The notes: generated by a model not told the origin, from the sequence alone. A stretch of 64,000 nucleotides of DNA from Leptospirales bacterium (GCA_040326155.1 JBEQLE010000003.1:1-64000); one strand, 5' to 3'. Positions 47,602 through 58,070 are shown, counted from the stretch's first letter. Numbers and translations are program-made.

Positions 47602-49506
47602 ATGATTACCCTGACCCTGCCGAACAAACAAGATATTGAAATCGATGGTGTAAAAACCTACGGCGATGTAATTGCAGAACACTTGCCCAAACTGGCTCAG
47701 CGACTGGTAGCGGTGAAAATTGGCGACGATACTTTTGACCTTTCGCGGGAAATAGAAAGCAGTGGAAAACTAACGCCAATTACTTTCGATTCGGAAGAGG
47801 GCAAAGAAATTTTCTGGCACTCCAGCGCGCATGTTTTAGCTCAGGCCATTAAACGACTCTACCCATCGGCGCAATTAACGTTTGGGCCAGTCACCTCTCA
47901 CGGCCCCGGCTTCTTTTACTACGATATCTTTCTCGAGAACGAAACTATTTCAGAAGAAAATTTTGAAGCCATCGAAAACGAGATGAAAAAAATTACCGGA
48001 GAGAAGCAAACAGTTTCACGCTCTGTGTATAAACGCGAAGATGCGGTTAAAGAATTTCGAGATATGGGTGAAGAGTTCAAGGCTAAAATTATTGAAGATA
48101 TTCCGCCTGAAAATGAAATTACCATTTATAAACAAGGGGAGTTTCAAGACCTTTGTCGCGGTCCACACGTTCCCAATACATCGATTTTAGGAAATATAAA
48201 ACTTACTGCTATTTCTGGCGCATATTGGAAAGGCGATTCCTCGAATCCGATGCTGCAACGTATTTATGGCATTAGTTTCACTTCCGAAAAAGAGTTGAAA
48301 TCGTATTTACATAGATTGGAAGAAGCTAAAAAAAGGGACCACCGCAAATTAGGTAAAGAACTTGATTTGTTTAGTTTTCATGAAGAAGCTCCTGGCATGC
48401 CATTTTATCATCCCAAAGGAACCGCCCTGTTTAACGCCTTGCAGGAATATATAAGAAAAGAGTGTTCTTTAAGGGGTTACGAAGAGTTGAGAACGCCGAC
48501 TGTTCTTTCAGATGAGCTCTGGCACAGGTCGGGCCATTTTGAAAACTTTAAAGAGAACATGTATTTTACGGAACTGGATAATCGCGGGTTTGCCATAAAA
48601 CCTATGAACTGTCCAGGCTCTAATCTGGTATATAAAGAACGCCCTCGAAGTTATCGTGACCTGCCGTTAAGGTTGGCCGAACTTGGCATGGTTCACCGTC
48701 ATGAACTTTCGGGTGTGCTGCATGGACTTTTTCGGGTGCGCGCTTTTACCCAGGACGATGCGCATATTTATTGCTCGCCCGATCAGTTGCAATCTGAAAT
48801 TGAACAAACCATAAAATTTACGATTGATGTGTACAAGAAATTTGGTTTCGATAAAATTAATATCTTTATTGCCACAAAACCTGAAAAGGCGATGGGCTCA
48901 GAAGAGAACTGGAAAAACGCAACCGAAGCGCTCGAACAATCTTTAGAGAAAATGGATTTAGAATTTGCCATCAAAGAAGGCGAAGGCGCTTTTTATGGAC
49001 CGAAAATAGAATTCAACGTAGAAGATTCTCTGGGACGAAACTGGCAGCTGGGTACCATCCAGGTTGATTTTTCGATGCCCGAAAGATTCGAACTTGAATA
49101 CATCGGAAGCGACGGCGCAAAACATCGCCCGGTAATGGTTCACCGTGCCATACTCGGGTCGATTGAAAGATTCATGGGGATTTTACTGGAACACTATGCC
49201 GGTAAAATGCCTTTCTGGGTATCGCCCGTTCAAATTCGCATAATGACTGTAGGCGAATCTTTTGTCGAATATGCGGATGATGTTAAAAGACAGCTTGAAG
49301 AAAAAGGTTTCAGGGTAGATAAAGACTATCGTGACGAAAAAATCGGATACAAAATTCGCGAATGGAATTCTCAAAAAATTAACTATGGCATAATTGTCGG
49401 AGAAAAAGAGGTCAACGACAAAACCCTCTCTGTCAGAAAACGCGGCGATAAAGATTCACCCGTTATGTCTTTTGACGAGTTTATCGAGAATCTCCAAAAC
49501 GATTAA
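47602..49506 (+). CDS. thrS: Threonine--tRNA ligase
   Basis: HSSAH, DLCRGPH, RDHRKLG, KPMNCP, RVRAFTQDDAH, HRAILGS.ERF. Confidence 0.98.
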   Translation: MITLTLPNKQDIEIDGVKTYGDVIAEHLPKLAQRLVAVKIGDDTFDLSREIESSGKLTPITFDSEEGKEIFWHSSAHVLAQAIKRLYPSAQLTFGPVTSHGPGFFYYDIFLENETISEENFEAIENEMKKITGEKQTVSRSVYKREDAVKEFRDMGEEFKAKIIEDIPPENEITIYKQGEFQDLCRGPHVPNTSILGNIKLTAISGAYWKGDSSNPMLQRIYGISFTSEKELKSYLHRLEEAKKRDHRKLGKELDLFSFHEEAPGMPFYHPKGTALFNALQEYIRKECSLRGYEELRTPTVLSDELWHRSGHFENFKENMYFTELDNRGFAIKPMNCPGSNLVYKERPRSYRDLPLRLAELGMVHRHELSGVLHGLFRVRAFTQDDAHIYCSPDQLQSEIEQTIKFTIDVYKKFGFDKINIFIATKPEKAMGSEENWKNATEALEQSLEKMDLEFAIKEGEGAFYGPKIEFNVEDSLGRNWQLGTIQVDFSMPERFELEYIGSDGAKHRPVMVHRAILGSIERFMGILLEHYAGKMPFWVSPVQIRIMTVGESFVEYADDVKRQLEEKGFRVDKDYRDEKIGYKIREWNSQKINYGIIVGEKEVNDKTLSVRKRGDKDSPVMSFDEFIENLQND

Positions 49507-49761
49507 ACTATTGAATCTATTTTTATACGCCGTACCACGGTTCCGGTAAAAAATTATTATCCAGTTTATCTAACAGTAGTTTTTGCTTATCGCTTTTTTT
49601 ATGTTCATCCATTTGATAAACCACAACTATATATAGATAACGTCCTTCGGGTTCCTTCGGATAAATTTCAATAAATGATTTCTCTAATGAGAATTGCTGA
49701 ATATATCTAAACTTATAAAAAGAGGTTTACTCTCCCGGCCCCGGCTTTATACATCCAGATA

Positions 49762-50553
49762 ATGAATTCTAAAAGGTTAAACTATCCCCGGGCGTTAAAA
49801 ACCCTTTTTCCTGAGTATTTCACAAGTGAAAAAACGATACTCGCCACACACCGGGGCTACGGTAAACACGGGCCAATTGCTGAAAACACTCTCGGAGCGT
49901 TTCAAGAAAGTACGCGGCGCGGTTTTAAAGCTCATGAACTTGATGTAAGAATTAGCCTGGATTTAAAAGCAGTACTGTTTCATGGACCCACCCTTGAAAA
50001 AACCACTTCTGGTTTTGGCCGACTCGAAAAGCAAAACATGGTTGACCTTGAAAAACTTGACTGGGGAAACTACCTGCCCAAAAAAGCAAAACCTGTAAAA
50101 CCCCTTCTACTGGAAGAGTATTTAAAACTGTTTGCAAATAAAGTTTTTACAAACATTGAAATAAAACACGATTGGTGTATATTTAACCATAACCTGGAAA
50201 ACACAGTTATAGACATTTGTAAAAAAAATTGGGGCAAAGGTAATTATATATTCAGCAGCTTCAATCTATGGTCACTACGTTATTTACGCAAAGCTTTACC
50301 TGCTGCAGCAATAGGAATTCTAATCGACCTGAGTCCATTTGCATCATTAAAAATTGCAATCGGTCGACTCTTTGTAAAACCCGATTCCATTCATCTACAC
50401 CCTCAATTGGCGACCCAAAAAAGAGTTCTAAAATATAAAAAACTGGGTTATGGAATTCTGGTCTGGGGTATTAACAGTTCGGAGAAACTTCAAGAAATGA
50501 AAAATCTTGGTGTCGATATCGTGGTTACCGATAATATGGATCTGTGCAAATAA
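49762..50553 (+). CDS. Glycerophosphodiester phosphodiesterase
   Basis: THRG, ENT..AF, ELDV, NIEIK, SSFN, VWG.N, TD. Confidence 0.92.
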   Translation: MNSKRLNYPRALKTLFPEYFTSEKTILATHRGYGKHGPIAENTLGAFQESTRRGFKAHELDVRISLDLKAVLFHGPTLEKTTSGFGRLEKQNMVDLEKLDWGNYLPKKAKPVKPLLLEEYLKLFANKVFTNIEIKHDWCIFNHNLENTVIDICKKNWGKGNYIFSSFNLWSLRYLRKALPAAAIGILIDLSPFASLKIAIGRLFVKPDSIHLHPQLATQKRVLKYKKLGYGILVWGINSSEKLQEMKNLGVDIVVTDNMDLCK

Positions 50554-50565
50554 CACTGATCATGA

Positions 50566-51735
50566 TTATTTTTCAAGCCTGTAGATTCTTCCAGAAGTAA
50601 AACCTACAATTAAAAGTTCACCATCAACATCAAGACCGAAACTGGAAATATATATACTCGTATCGACTACCAGTGAAGCCAAATTTTGTTTTGCCCCATT
50701 TTGCGAAATCGCCCAGATACGTCCCTCGACAAAGTCACCGAAAATATATAGTCCGTGCAGCTCTGGTATATTTTTTCCGCGATAAACATAACCGCCTGTA
50801 ATGGAAGCTCCCATTTCATGTGTATACTCATAAATCGGATTTTCCAATCCAGCGCGTTTACAATTTACCGCAGGATTATAACAATGAGTTCCTTCCAGAA
50901 TGTGCCAGCCGTAATTTTTACCTTTTTCAATAATCGATACTTCTTCGTACTCATTTTGGCCCACGTCGCCCACCCAAAGTTTTCCGGTTAACCGATCAAA
51001 ACTGAATCTCCATGGATTGCGCAACCCATACGCAAAAATTTCCGGCGCCTCGGATGTTAAAAATGGATTATCTTTAGGTATGGAATATCCCTGCTGGTTT
51101 GAAACATCTACGCGTAATATTTTACCAAGTTTTGTGTTCAAATTTTGCCCATTGTTATGGGGGTCTCCCGCCGACCCGCCATCACCAACGCCGATGTACA
51201 AATAACCATCCGGGCCAAATTCGATATGGCCCCCATTATGGTTACCATAAGGCTGATCTATTTCAAAGAGAACTTCTTCTTTAAAAGAGAGTTGGCCGGT
51301 TTCGGGGTTCCAGTCGGCTGCATTCTCTGTTAAAACTAAACGAGATAGCCTTGTCTTTCTCGGCTTACATACGGAATAATATATATATAACGATTTGTTA
51401 CTTTCAAAGTCTGGGTCAAAAGCAAGACCCAACAACCCTTCCTCCCAACCTTTTGAACAAACCTTCTTATGAATATCGATTAGTGTGGAATTTTGCCAGG
51501 TTAAATTCTCTTTTTGTACTGTGGGATATGCATATTTTAGATAGCCTTTTTTTTCTACTATAATATAAGACCTGGCTTCGCGTATTGACCATGGAGCGGG
51601 AGTTATAAAAACGGGACTGGTAAAACTAAACGGAAACATAGATACCGTTTTTATTCCTGGAATATAGCCTTTGCTGCCGTAGATTCCAAAAACAGTCGCG
51701 AAAATGAACAAGAAAGATAATGTGGATTTTTTCAT
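50566..51735 (-). CDS. PQQ-dependent sugar dehydrogenase (glucose/sorbosone family)
   Basis: EEGLLGLAF.P, NHNGG..FGPDG.LY...GDGG, YGLRNPWRFSFD, GDVGQ. Confidence 0.92.
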   Translation of the reverse strand: MKKSTLSFLFIFATVFGIYGSKGYIPGIKTVSMFPFSFTSPVFITPAPWSIREARSYIIVEKKGYLKYAYPTVQKENLTWQNSTLIDIHKKVCSKGWEEGLLGLAFDPDFESNKSLYIYYSVCKPRKTRLSRLVLTENAADWNPETGQLSFKEEVLFEIDQPYGNHNGGHIEFGPDGYLYIGVGDGGSAGDPHNNGQNLNTKLGKILRVDVSNQQGYSIPKDNPFLTSEAPEIFAYGLRNPWRFSFDRLTGKLWVGDVGQNEYEEVSIIEKGKNYGWHILEGTHCYNPAVNCKRAGLENPIYEYTHEMGASITGGYVYRGKNIPELHGLYIFGDFVEGRIWAISQNGAKQNLASLVVDTSIYISSFGLDVDGELLIVGFTSGRIYRLEK

Positions 51736-51848
51736 TGCAATCAAAATAAAAGATTGCCAATAGAGGGCAAGTTATTTTTCTTCGATTTTAGTATATTTAA
51801 AAGAAAGCATGAACTATTTTTATTAGTTTGAAGGTAATGAGGTGAATT

Positions 51849-52172
51849 ATGAGTTCTGAACATAGAAAATCTGTCCGATTTTTTCCTGAAGAGAAAGAGA
51901 TTGCTGTCGTAAGTATTAACCCCCAGGATTTCGAAAAATACGAAGCTATTAAAAAAGAGTTCAAAGGTGAATTCTGCGCTTTAATTGAAGATGAGGCGCA
52001 CAAAGGGTGCAGTCTGGTGTTTCTCGATTATAACCAACGTGCAGTCAGCCTGGAAGAAGGCGCAAAGTGCGTAGTAAAAATTGGAGAAGTCCTGCCACTG
52101 CGCGGTGAAGTTGTCCGAATAAAGGTCCTGGATGACAAGGTCTATAAAATTGGGATAAAATTTCTTGATTAA
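51849..52172 (+). CDS. PilZ-like domain protein
   Basis: RxxxR (HRKSVR), DxxxxG (DEAHKG), GEVVR..IGIKF; GAGGTG SD. Confidence 0.7.
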   Translation: MSSEHRKSVRFFPEEKEIAVVSINPQDFEKYEAIKKEFKGEFCALIEDEAHKGCSLVFLDYNQRAVSLEEGAKCVVKIGEVLPLRGEVVRIKVLDDKVYKIGIKFLD

Positions 52173-52177
52173 ATAAC

Positions 52178-52576
52178 TTAAAGACCAAAAGGTTCACAGC
52201 CGATGTAATTACCGTTTTGTAATGAATATAAAGAATCACCGATTTTACGATCTTTGCATGTCTTCTCGTCGACATTTTTATAGATTAAAAAAAGAATAGG
52301 TTCATCCTTACACTCCCCAGGGCAAATAAAAACAATGATCAACGAAAAGTTATTTCGTGAGTCAATGCCGAAATCTCTGGGGTATTGATCTTTATCGTAT
52401 TTGTCTACTTGTAATGTTAACAATGCATTAATCTGCTCTTGAATTTGAGCCGGAGTTTTAACTTCAGATTTTATACTCGTATCGGCAGTATTGTTTTCTT
52501 GTAATGACGTGCAAAACTGAGAAAAAGTAAAACAAACAAAAAATAATACCCATTTGAATTTCCAGAACAGATTCAC
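52178..52576 (-). CDS. Hypothetical (lipo)protein
   Basis: Signal peptide with a possible lipobox SQFC; several Cys. Confidence 0.55.
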   Translation of the reverse strand: MNLFWKFKWVLFFVCFTFSQFCTSLQENNTADTSIKSEVKTPAQIQEQINALLTLQVDKYDKDQYPRDFGIDSRNNFSLIIVFICPGECKDEPILFLIYKNVDEKTCKDRKIGDSLYSLQNGNYIGCEPFGL

Positions 52577-52588
52577 TTACAATTACCT

Positions 52589-54604
52589 TCAACTTACGTC
52601 ATCGGCAGATATTTCATACAATGAATCGATTTTTATGTCCAGATTCCTTTCCAGTTCAACAATCGCGTCTAAATGTTTTGCTTCAAATTGAACCAAAATT
52701 GAATCCACCAGATCGACAATTTCTTGCATAGACTCCGGCTTTACGTATCCAGGAACCGGAAGGTTAAACAGTCCTGATTTACGAATTTGGGGTTGTTTTC
52801 CACGACTGATTCGTATTATACCAGTATATCTGGCATAATTTGTTAAAAACGTAGAGTTTAATAAGGCCAATATAAATTTTAACGGATAAATGTCAGATTT
52901 GTAAATGACAAACATACTATATGGCGCCACCACTACCTGTGGAACAAAAGTAGCGCACAAACGACTGTCAGATTGTCGTATGAAAATTTTCTCGCCTGTA
53001 AAGCGATGTAAATCGCCCAGTACAATTTGATTCGAAATTCCCGATAAGCGCGCTGCATTATTCAATTCATTTTGAAACGCCGTATCGAAATGTATAAACA
53101 AAGTGGTCGCAGCCAGGGGCTCAAACCGTCCTGTTATGGAGCCACTCACCACAAAAGGATAATAATCAGATGAAACTTTTGTCTCATGTATAAATTTTTC
53201 ATAAGAACCACCGATATTCACACCCGTGCGAATTTCAACATAATCACCCATTTTCGGATAACTTTCAAGTTTCTGCATTTGCGAATATCTGGTTTTATCA
53301 ATAAATACAGCCCCTTTTGTAAATTGTTCCACCGAGATGGAATAAGCGCTTTGGTCTTGAACATCCTGAACATGAACCTGAATATTATCTACTACGCTTT
53401 TTTTTTGCATCACCACGACGGTTTGCCCGCTGTTTACCCCTGAAAATCCGGCGATATTAATTTCGATTTCCAATGGGTGAAAAGTTTGAATACTCTGCAA
53501 TCGAATATTATAAAATGGTTTTTCAAAAAAATTAATATCATGAATAAAAGCAAATATACCCTTATCTTTAGTGTATTTAAAACCAAAACCAAGAATGTAC
53601 ATGGAAAGGTTCAAACGCTTTTGCATGGAATCATCCGAATTCTCATCTGAAATTTTTCTCGCGGTTTTACTATCCACAGTCGTTTTTGCGGATTGCCTTG
53701 AATATAGAGATACATAAGGTGGGTTAGAAAGAATTATATCATAGGTTTTTGTATGAGTTTCTATAAATAAGATATCTTTTACCTGAAACTTTTCATTTAG
53801 TATTGTCAAAATTTCCTTGTATGTATGCTTATCCATATAATTCAAAATTCTGAAAGCAATTGTAGTTTTTAACAGTTCTATTGCTGAAACATCGGTATCT
53901 ATACCATAGATATTTTTTAATACTATTTCCGAATACAATAACTCATTGCTATAATCTTTCTCTTTCGCTTTGTGAATAAAAAGGTCTATTATTAAATGAG
54001 TAAATATTCCGGGACCACAGGCTAGATCGAGAACGACCGGATGTTGCCATTCGTCGCTTTGTTGCTGTTTATGAAATGCATTCCACGCGTTCGCGACTAT
54101 ACTTTTTGCCAGAATCGGTGGTGTGTAATAAGCGCCATTTTTTTTTCTGAAACTTTGGTCCGATTGTAATTTATCTTCCTCCCGGCGTATATCGTTAAAG
54201 CGTAAAAGCTGCTCGTAAACTAACCCTGGAATTATATATGCATAATAATGTGTATGTAAGGGTAACAAACATTTTTTTTCTATCTTGGAATACAAATTGC
54301 TATTGGCGGCATTATACAAAATAAAATCTAAAAACCCTTCCTGGTTAAATTCTACTGTTTCGCTACCGATTTCATTACGACTCATTATTTTATCAAAATA
54401 TGAATTTAGATCTACAGGGCGTTCACTATCAGCTAATTTCGATATTGCTGTTTCTGCCGAAAAATATACCGCCGAATTGAGTATGAATATTTTAGCTATA
54501 AACGCCGCATTTGCATAATTATCGATGTTTGCAGGATAAATTTCCGAAATTGTTTTCAATAAGACGCTGCGAACTTTTTGATATGTGCCTGGTCGATTTG
54601 TCAT
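52589..54604 (-). CDS. N6-adenine DNA methyltransferase (gamma class, TaqI/Eco57I-like, with C-terminal specificity domain)
   Basis: GAYYTP, VLDLACGPGIF (motif I), YGID, NPPY (motif IV), KIFIRQ...ALLNS. Confidence 0.85.
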   Translation of the reverse strand: MTNRPGTYQKVRSVLLKTISEIYPANIDNYANAAFIAKIFILNSAVYFSAETAISKLADSERPVDLNSYFDKIMSRNEIGSETVEFNQEGFLDFILYNAANSNLYSKIEKKCLLPLHTHYYAYIIPGLVYEQLLRFNDIRREEDKLQSDQSFRKKNGAYYTPPILAKSIVANAWNAFHKQQQSDEWQHPVVLDLACGPGIFTHLIIDLFIHKAKEKDYSNELLYSEIVLKNIYGIDTDVSAIELLKTTIAFRILNYMDKHTYKEILTILNEKFQVKDILFIETHTKTYDIILSNPPYVSLYSRQSAKTTVDSKTARKISDENSDDSMQKRLNLSMYILGFGFKYTKDKGIFAFIHDINFFEKPFYNIRLQSIQTFHPLEIEINIAGFSGVNSGQTVVVMQKKSVVDNIQVHVQDVQDQSAYSISVEQFTKGAVFIDKTRYSQMQKLESYPKMGDYVEIRTGVNIGGSYEKFIHETKVSSDYYPFVVSGSITGRFEPLAATTLFIHFDTAFQNELNNAARLSGISNQIVLGDLHRFTGEKIFIRQSDSRLCATFVPQVVVAPYSMFVIYKSDIYPLKFILALLNSTFLTNYARYTGIIRISRGKQPQIRKSGLFNLPVPGYVKPESMQEIVDLVDSILVQFEAKHLDAIVELERNLDIKIDSLYEISADDVS

Positions 54605-54614
54605 TTATTAGGCC

Positions 54615-54643
54615 ATTATAACAAGTTTTTTCTTTGTGTACAA
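54615..54643 (-). promoter_or_regulatory. Sigma70 promoter of the methyltransferase
   Basis: Minus strand TTGTAC-17nt-TATAAT with an extended TG, 10 nt before ATG 54604. Confidence 0.6.
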
Positions 54644-54695
54644 GAAAAAAAATTGCCAGAGTGAGTACCAGTTGTGTTTGTAGGTCACTATCCTT

Positions 54696-55610
54696 ATGAA
54701 AGAATTTGAAGAAAACTTTAAACCCGTAACCGGGAAACTACCGGAAAATCGCATAGATCTCTTTATAGAATTGATTAAAGAGGCGTCTACTAATTTACCA
54801 CCAGATGTTGTAAAAGCCATGGTTGCTCAGAAGGAAAAAGAAAAACCCGGCTCACAGGCCGAACGTGCGTTTTCTATTATAATCGAAAATATCAAAATGG
54901 CATATGAGAAAAAAACTCCGATTTGCCAAGACACAGGAACGGTAATTTTCCATATTCATTATCCAGTCGGAGAAAGTTCGTTAAAACTTAAAAAGGATTT
55001 AACCGAGGCTGTACAAAGCGCTACCAAAAAAGGGTATTTAAGACCCAACTCTGTCGATTCCATCACCGGAGAAAACCCTGGCGACAATACCGGGATCGGA
55101 CTACCCTCTTTTTATTTTGATGAGTGGGAATCAGATAAACTCACTATACAAATTATGCTAAAAGGGGGCGGATGTGAAAATGTTGGAACACAATATGCGC
55201 TTCCACATACCGGACTGAATGCCGGAAGAGATGTGCCGGGAATAAAAAAAGTAATATTAGACGCAGTCGTTGAAGCGCAGGGTAAAGGGTGTGCGCCCGG
55301 AATTCTAGGCGTTGGAATTGGAGGGGACCGTGTCAGTGGCGCACGCCTTGCTAAAGAACAACTATTCAGGCAACTGTCCGATGAAAACCCCGACCCCGTA
55401 TTAAAAGAAATTGAAGACGAGCTGTTAGAAGAGTCCAATAAACTGGGTATCGGACCCATGGGTTTTGGCGGTTTGACCACGCTTTTAGGAATTAAAGCAG
55501 CTAAAATGCATAGAATTCCTGCCAGCTTTTATGTGAGCATTTCTTACATGTGTTGGGCTACGCGTCGAAAAAAACTTGAAATCAAAGGGAACGAATTTAT
55601 AATTGAGTAA
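54696..55610 (+). CDS. Class I fumarate hydratase, alpha subunit
   Basis: PICQDTG, LRPN, KGGGCEN, GCAPG..GVGIGG, GIGPMGFGG, CWA.R. Confidence 0.92.
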   Translation: MKEFEENFKPVTGKLPENRIDLFIELIKEASTNLPPDVVKAMVAQKEKEKPGSQAERAFSIIIENIKMAYEKKTPICQDTGTVIFHIHYPVGESSLKLKKDLTEAVQSATKKGYLRPNSVDSITGENPGDNTGIGLPSFYFDEWESDKLTIQIMLKGGGCENVGTQYALPHTGLNAGRDVPGIKKVILDAVVEAQGKGCAPGILGVGIGGDRVSGARLAKEQLFRQLSDENPDPVLKEIEDELLEESNKLGIGPMGFGGLTTLLGIKAAKMHRIPASFYVSISYMCWATRRKKLEIKGNEFIIE

Positions 55611-55616
55611 TTAACT

Positions 55617-56252
55617 ATGGCAACAGAAATAATAAACATACAATCCCCCGGTATAACGGAAGAAAAAATACGGTCTTTAAAAATGGGAGACATTGTCTCC
55701 ATTTCCGGAACAATTGTAACCGGTAGAGACGTAGCGCACAAATATCTTGAAGATAATTTTATTCACAACGACAACCCCCCGGTTGAAGAATTAAAAGTTC
55801 TCGATGAACTTAAAAAAGAAATGGATGGTGGAATTATATACCACTGCGGACCAGTCGTTATGAAAGACGACAATGGAGAATATAGGTTTACCGCCGCCGG
55901 CCCTACAACTTCCATTCGAGAAGAACCCTATGAATATGATGTTATTAAACTATTAAATTTACGCGGTGTAATTGGTAAAGGCGGTATGGGACCAAAAACT
56001 CTGAAAGGATGCCAGGACTTTGGAGCTGTCTATTTACACGCCATTGGTGGAGCGGCCACCTACACAGCCGGAAAAGTTAAAAAAGTAAACGCTGTGTTAA
56101 AACCAGAATTTGGAACTCCCGAAGCTTTCTGGGTAATAGAAGTAGAAAACTTTGAATGTATTGTTACGATGGACGCACATGGCAAAAGTCTGCATGAAAC
56201 TGTATTGTCAGACTCAAAACAAATACAAAACAAATATAACGAAAATCGATAA
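55617..56252 (+). CDS. Class I fumarate hydratase, beta subunit
   Basis: GRD.AH, YHCGP, AGPTTS.R, IGKGG, MD.HG.SL. Confidence 0.92.
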   Translation: MATEIINIQSPGITEEKIRSLKMGDIVSISGTIVTGRDVAHKYLEDNFIHNDNPPVEELKVLDELKKEMDGGIIYHCGPVVMKDDNGEYRFTAAGPTTSIREEPYEYDVIKLLNLRGVIGKGGMGPKTLKGCQDFGAVYLHAIGGAATYTAGKVKKVNAVLKPEFGTPEAFWVIEVENFECIVTMDAHGKSLHETVLSDSKQIQNKYNENR

Positions 56253-56266
56253 GAGAGATTATCCGC

Positions 56267-57544
56267 TTGCGCAGTGTTAAACTTATTATCACAGGAAGCG
56301 AAGTAACCAACGGTTATATACAAGATACAAATACGGGTTTTTTTGCCCGACAGATCTACTCTCTTGGTCTGTCTTTAAGTGAAGTACGCATTATACCAGA
56401 CGATTTCAATAAAGCTCTGGAAACAGTAAAAGATCTGTCAAATGGAAAAGACCTCATAATAATGACGGGCGGTCTTGGACCAACGGATGACGATTTAACC
56501 GTCGACATACTCTCTAAATTTACAGGACGAAAACCGGTATCTGACGAATTTGCTCGTAAAAACATTGAAAGTTTAATGGAAGCAGGAACACTAAACGTCC
56601 ATAACTCATCGATGAAAAATCGTCTAATACGACAAAGTAGAATCATTGAAGGAAGCATAGCCTTGAAAAATCCTGTCGGGTTAGCACCCGGTATTTATAT
56701 TCCTGAGCTGCCTTTAATTGCCTTGCCAGGGTTTCCACTTGAAATAAATGGAATCTGGCCCCAGGTCAAAAAGATTATTTCAACAATGGCTCCGCCATCT
56801 CAACTGACAAAAACAATGGCGCTCTGGGGTATCGCTGAAAGTCGCCTTTTCGAAAGTATAAATTTTCCCCCTGAAGTTCACGCCGGGGTACACTCCTTAC
56901 CATACGGAACAAAACTGTTTTTACGATGTGAGAAAAAAAAAGAACCTTTACTGGAAGAAACTTTGCTCAAAGTAAAAAACCTGTTTGAATTCAATATCGT
57001 TGAAAACCCTGTGAATAATTATATCGAATATTTAAAAGCAAATAAACTTACGCTTGGAACTGTCGAAAGCTGTACCGGAGGACTTGGGGGAAAAATTATA
57101 ACTGACATACCTGAAGTATCCTCTGTATATAACGGGTCTATTGTTACGTATCATGATAATGCAAAAATATCTTGCGCGGGTGTTCAACCAGAAACCATTC
57201 AAAAATACGGGGCTGTCAGTTTAGAAACTGCTGCGGAAATGGCGAAAGGCGGTTTAGAAAAACTCAATGTCGACAAATGTCTGTCTTTAACGGGAATCGC
57301 TGGTCCTGGCGGGGGCTCAAAGGAAAAGCCGGTAGGAACAGTGTATATTGCTATTGCGGATAAAAAGAAAAACCGGGCATATGTTAAGTGCTTTAAATTT
57401 CCATATGGACGAGAACGTTTTCGAATGGCGGCTATTTATGCCGGATTTTTATCCATGTACCAAAAAGATGTTGTATTTCAGGAAAATGATGATAAATGGT
57501 TAAAAGAAAAAACGAGAGGAAATTTTACTATAATCGATCTATGA
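56267..57544 (+). CDS. cinA: CinA-like protein (MoCF-like domain + PncC NMN deamidase)
   Basis: GSE..G...DTN, GGLGPT.DDLT, LPG.P.E, ESCTGG, TGIAGP.GG...KPVG. Confidence 0.9.
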   Translation: MRSVKLIITGSEVTNGYIQDTNTGFFARQIYSLGLSLSEVRIIPDDFNKALETVKDLSNGKDLIIMTGGLGPTDDDLTVDILSKFTGRKPVSDEFARKNIESLMEAGTLNVHNSSMKNRLIRQSRIIEGSIALKNPVGLAPGIYIPELPLIALPGFPLEINGIWPQVKKIISTMAPPSQLTKTMALWGIAESRLFESINFPPEVHAGVHSLPYGTKLFLRCEKKKEPLLEETLLKVKNLFEFNIVENPVNNYIEYLKANKLTLGTVESCTGGLGGKIITDIPEVSSVYNGSIVTYHDNAKISCAGVQPETIQKYGAVSLETAAEMAKGGLEKLNVDKCLSLTGIAGPGGGSKEKPVGTVYIAIADKKKNRAYVKCFKFPYGRERFRMAAIYAGFLSMYQKDVVFQENDDKWLKEKTRGNFTIIDL

Positions 57545-57904
57545 GGCGATTCCCTGCTTTAACGGGTACTCGATGTAGAACGAACCCTCGTTAATACTTT
57601 GCAACAATTGCTCCAGACGCGCCATTTTAATTATGCTTAAAACATTAATGTTTGCTCCAAATAACAGCAAAACATGGCTTGTCTTCTCCAGGTATTTTCG
57701 CAGCTTGATCAATAAACTCAAACCCGCCGTATCCATATAACCGAGTTTAGTCAAATTTACTGCAAAAACTGGTTCCGGATGCTCTTCTATTTCTTTTATA
57801 ATTTCTGATTCCAACGTAAGAATTTGATCTGCATCCAAACGTCCAGTTATTATAAATTCAGTGGCGCCCATTCTGTGTTTAATAAATAAATTTACGGTAC
57901 TCAT
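57539..57904 (-). CDS. STAS domain anti-sigma-factor antagonist
   Basis: GRLD and LGYMDTAGL (Thr at the usual phospho-Ser position). Confidence 0.85.
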   Translation of the reverse strand: MSTVNLFIKHRMGATEFIITGRLDADQILTLESEIIKEIEEHPEPVFAVNLTKLGYMDTAGLSLLIKLRKYLEKTSHVLLLFGANINVLSIIKMARLEQLLQSINEGSFYIEYPLKQGIAS

Positions 57905-58070
57905 ACGTTATATCAATAGGACGGCATTTGCCATGAATTAGCAACGAAAATAACTTACAAAATAATAATAATTATCAACATATACCGGTTCGCCAATATC
58001 GAAGGCGATCAAAACTGAAAAAGATATCGAACATCCGGCAAAACGGACGATAGTATAATTAGGTATTTAG

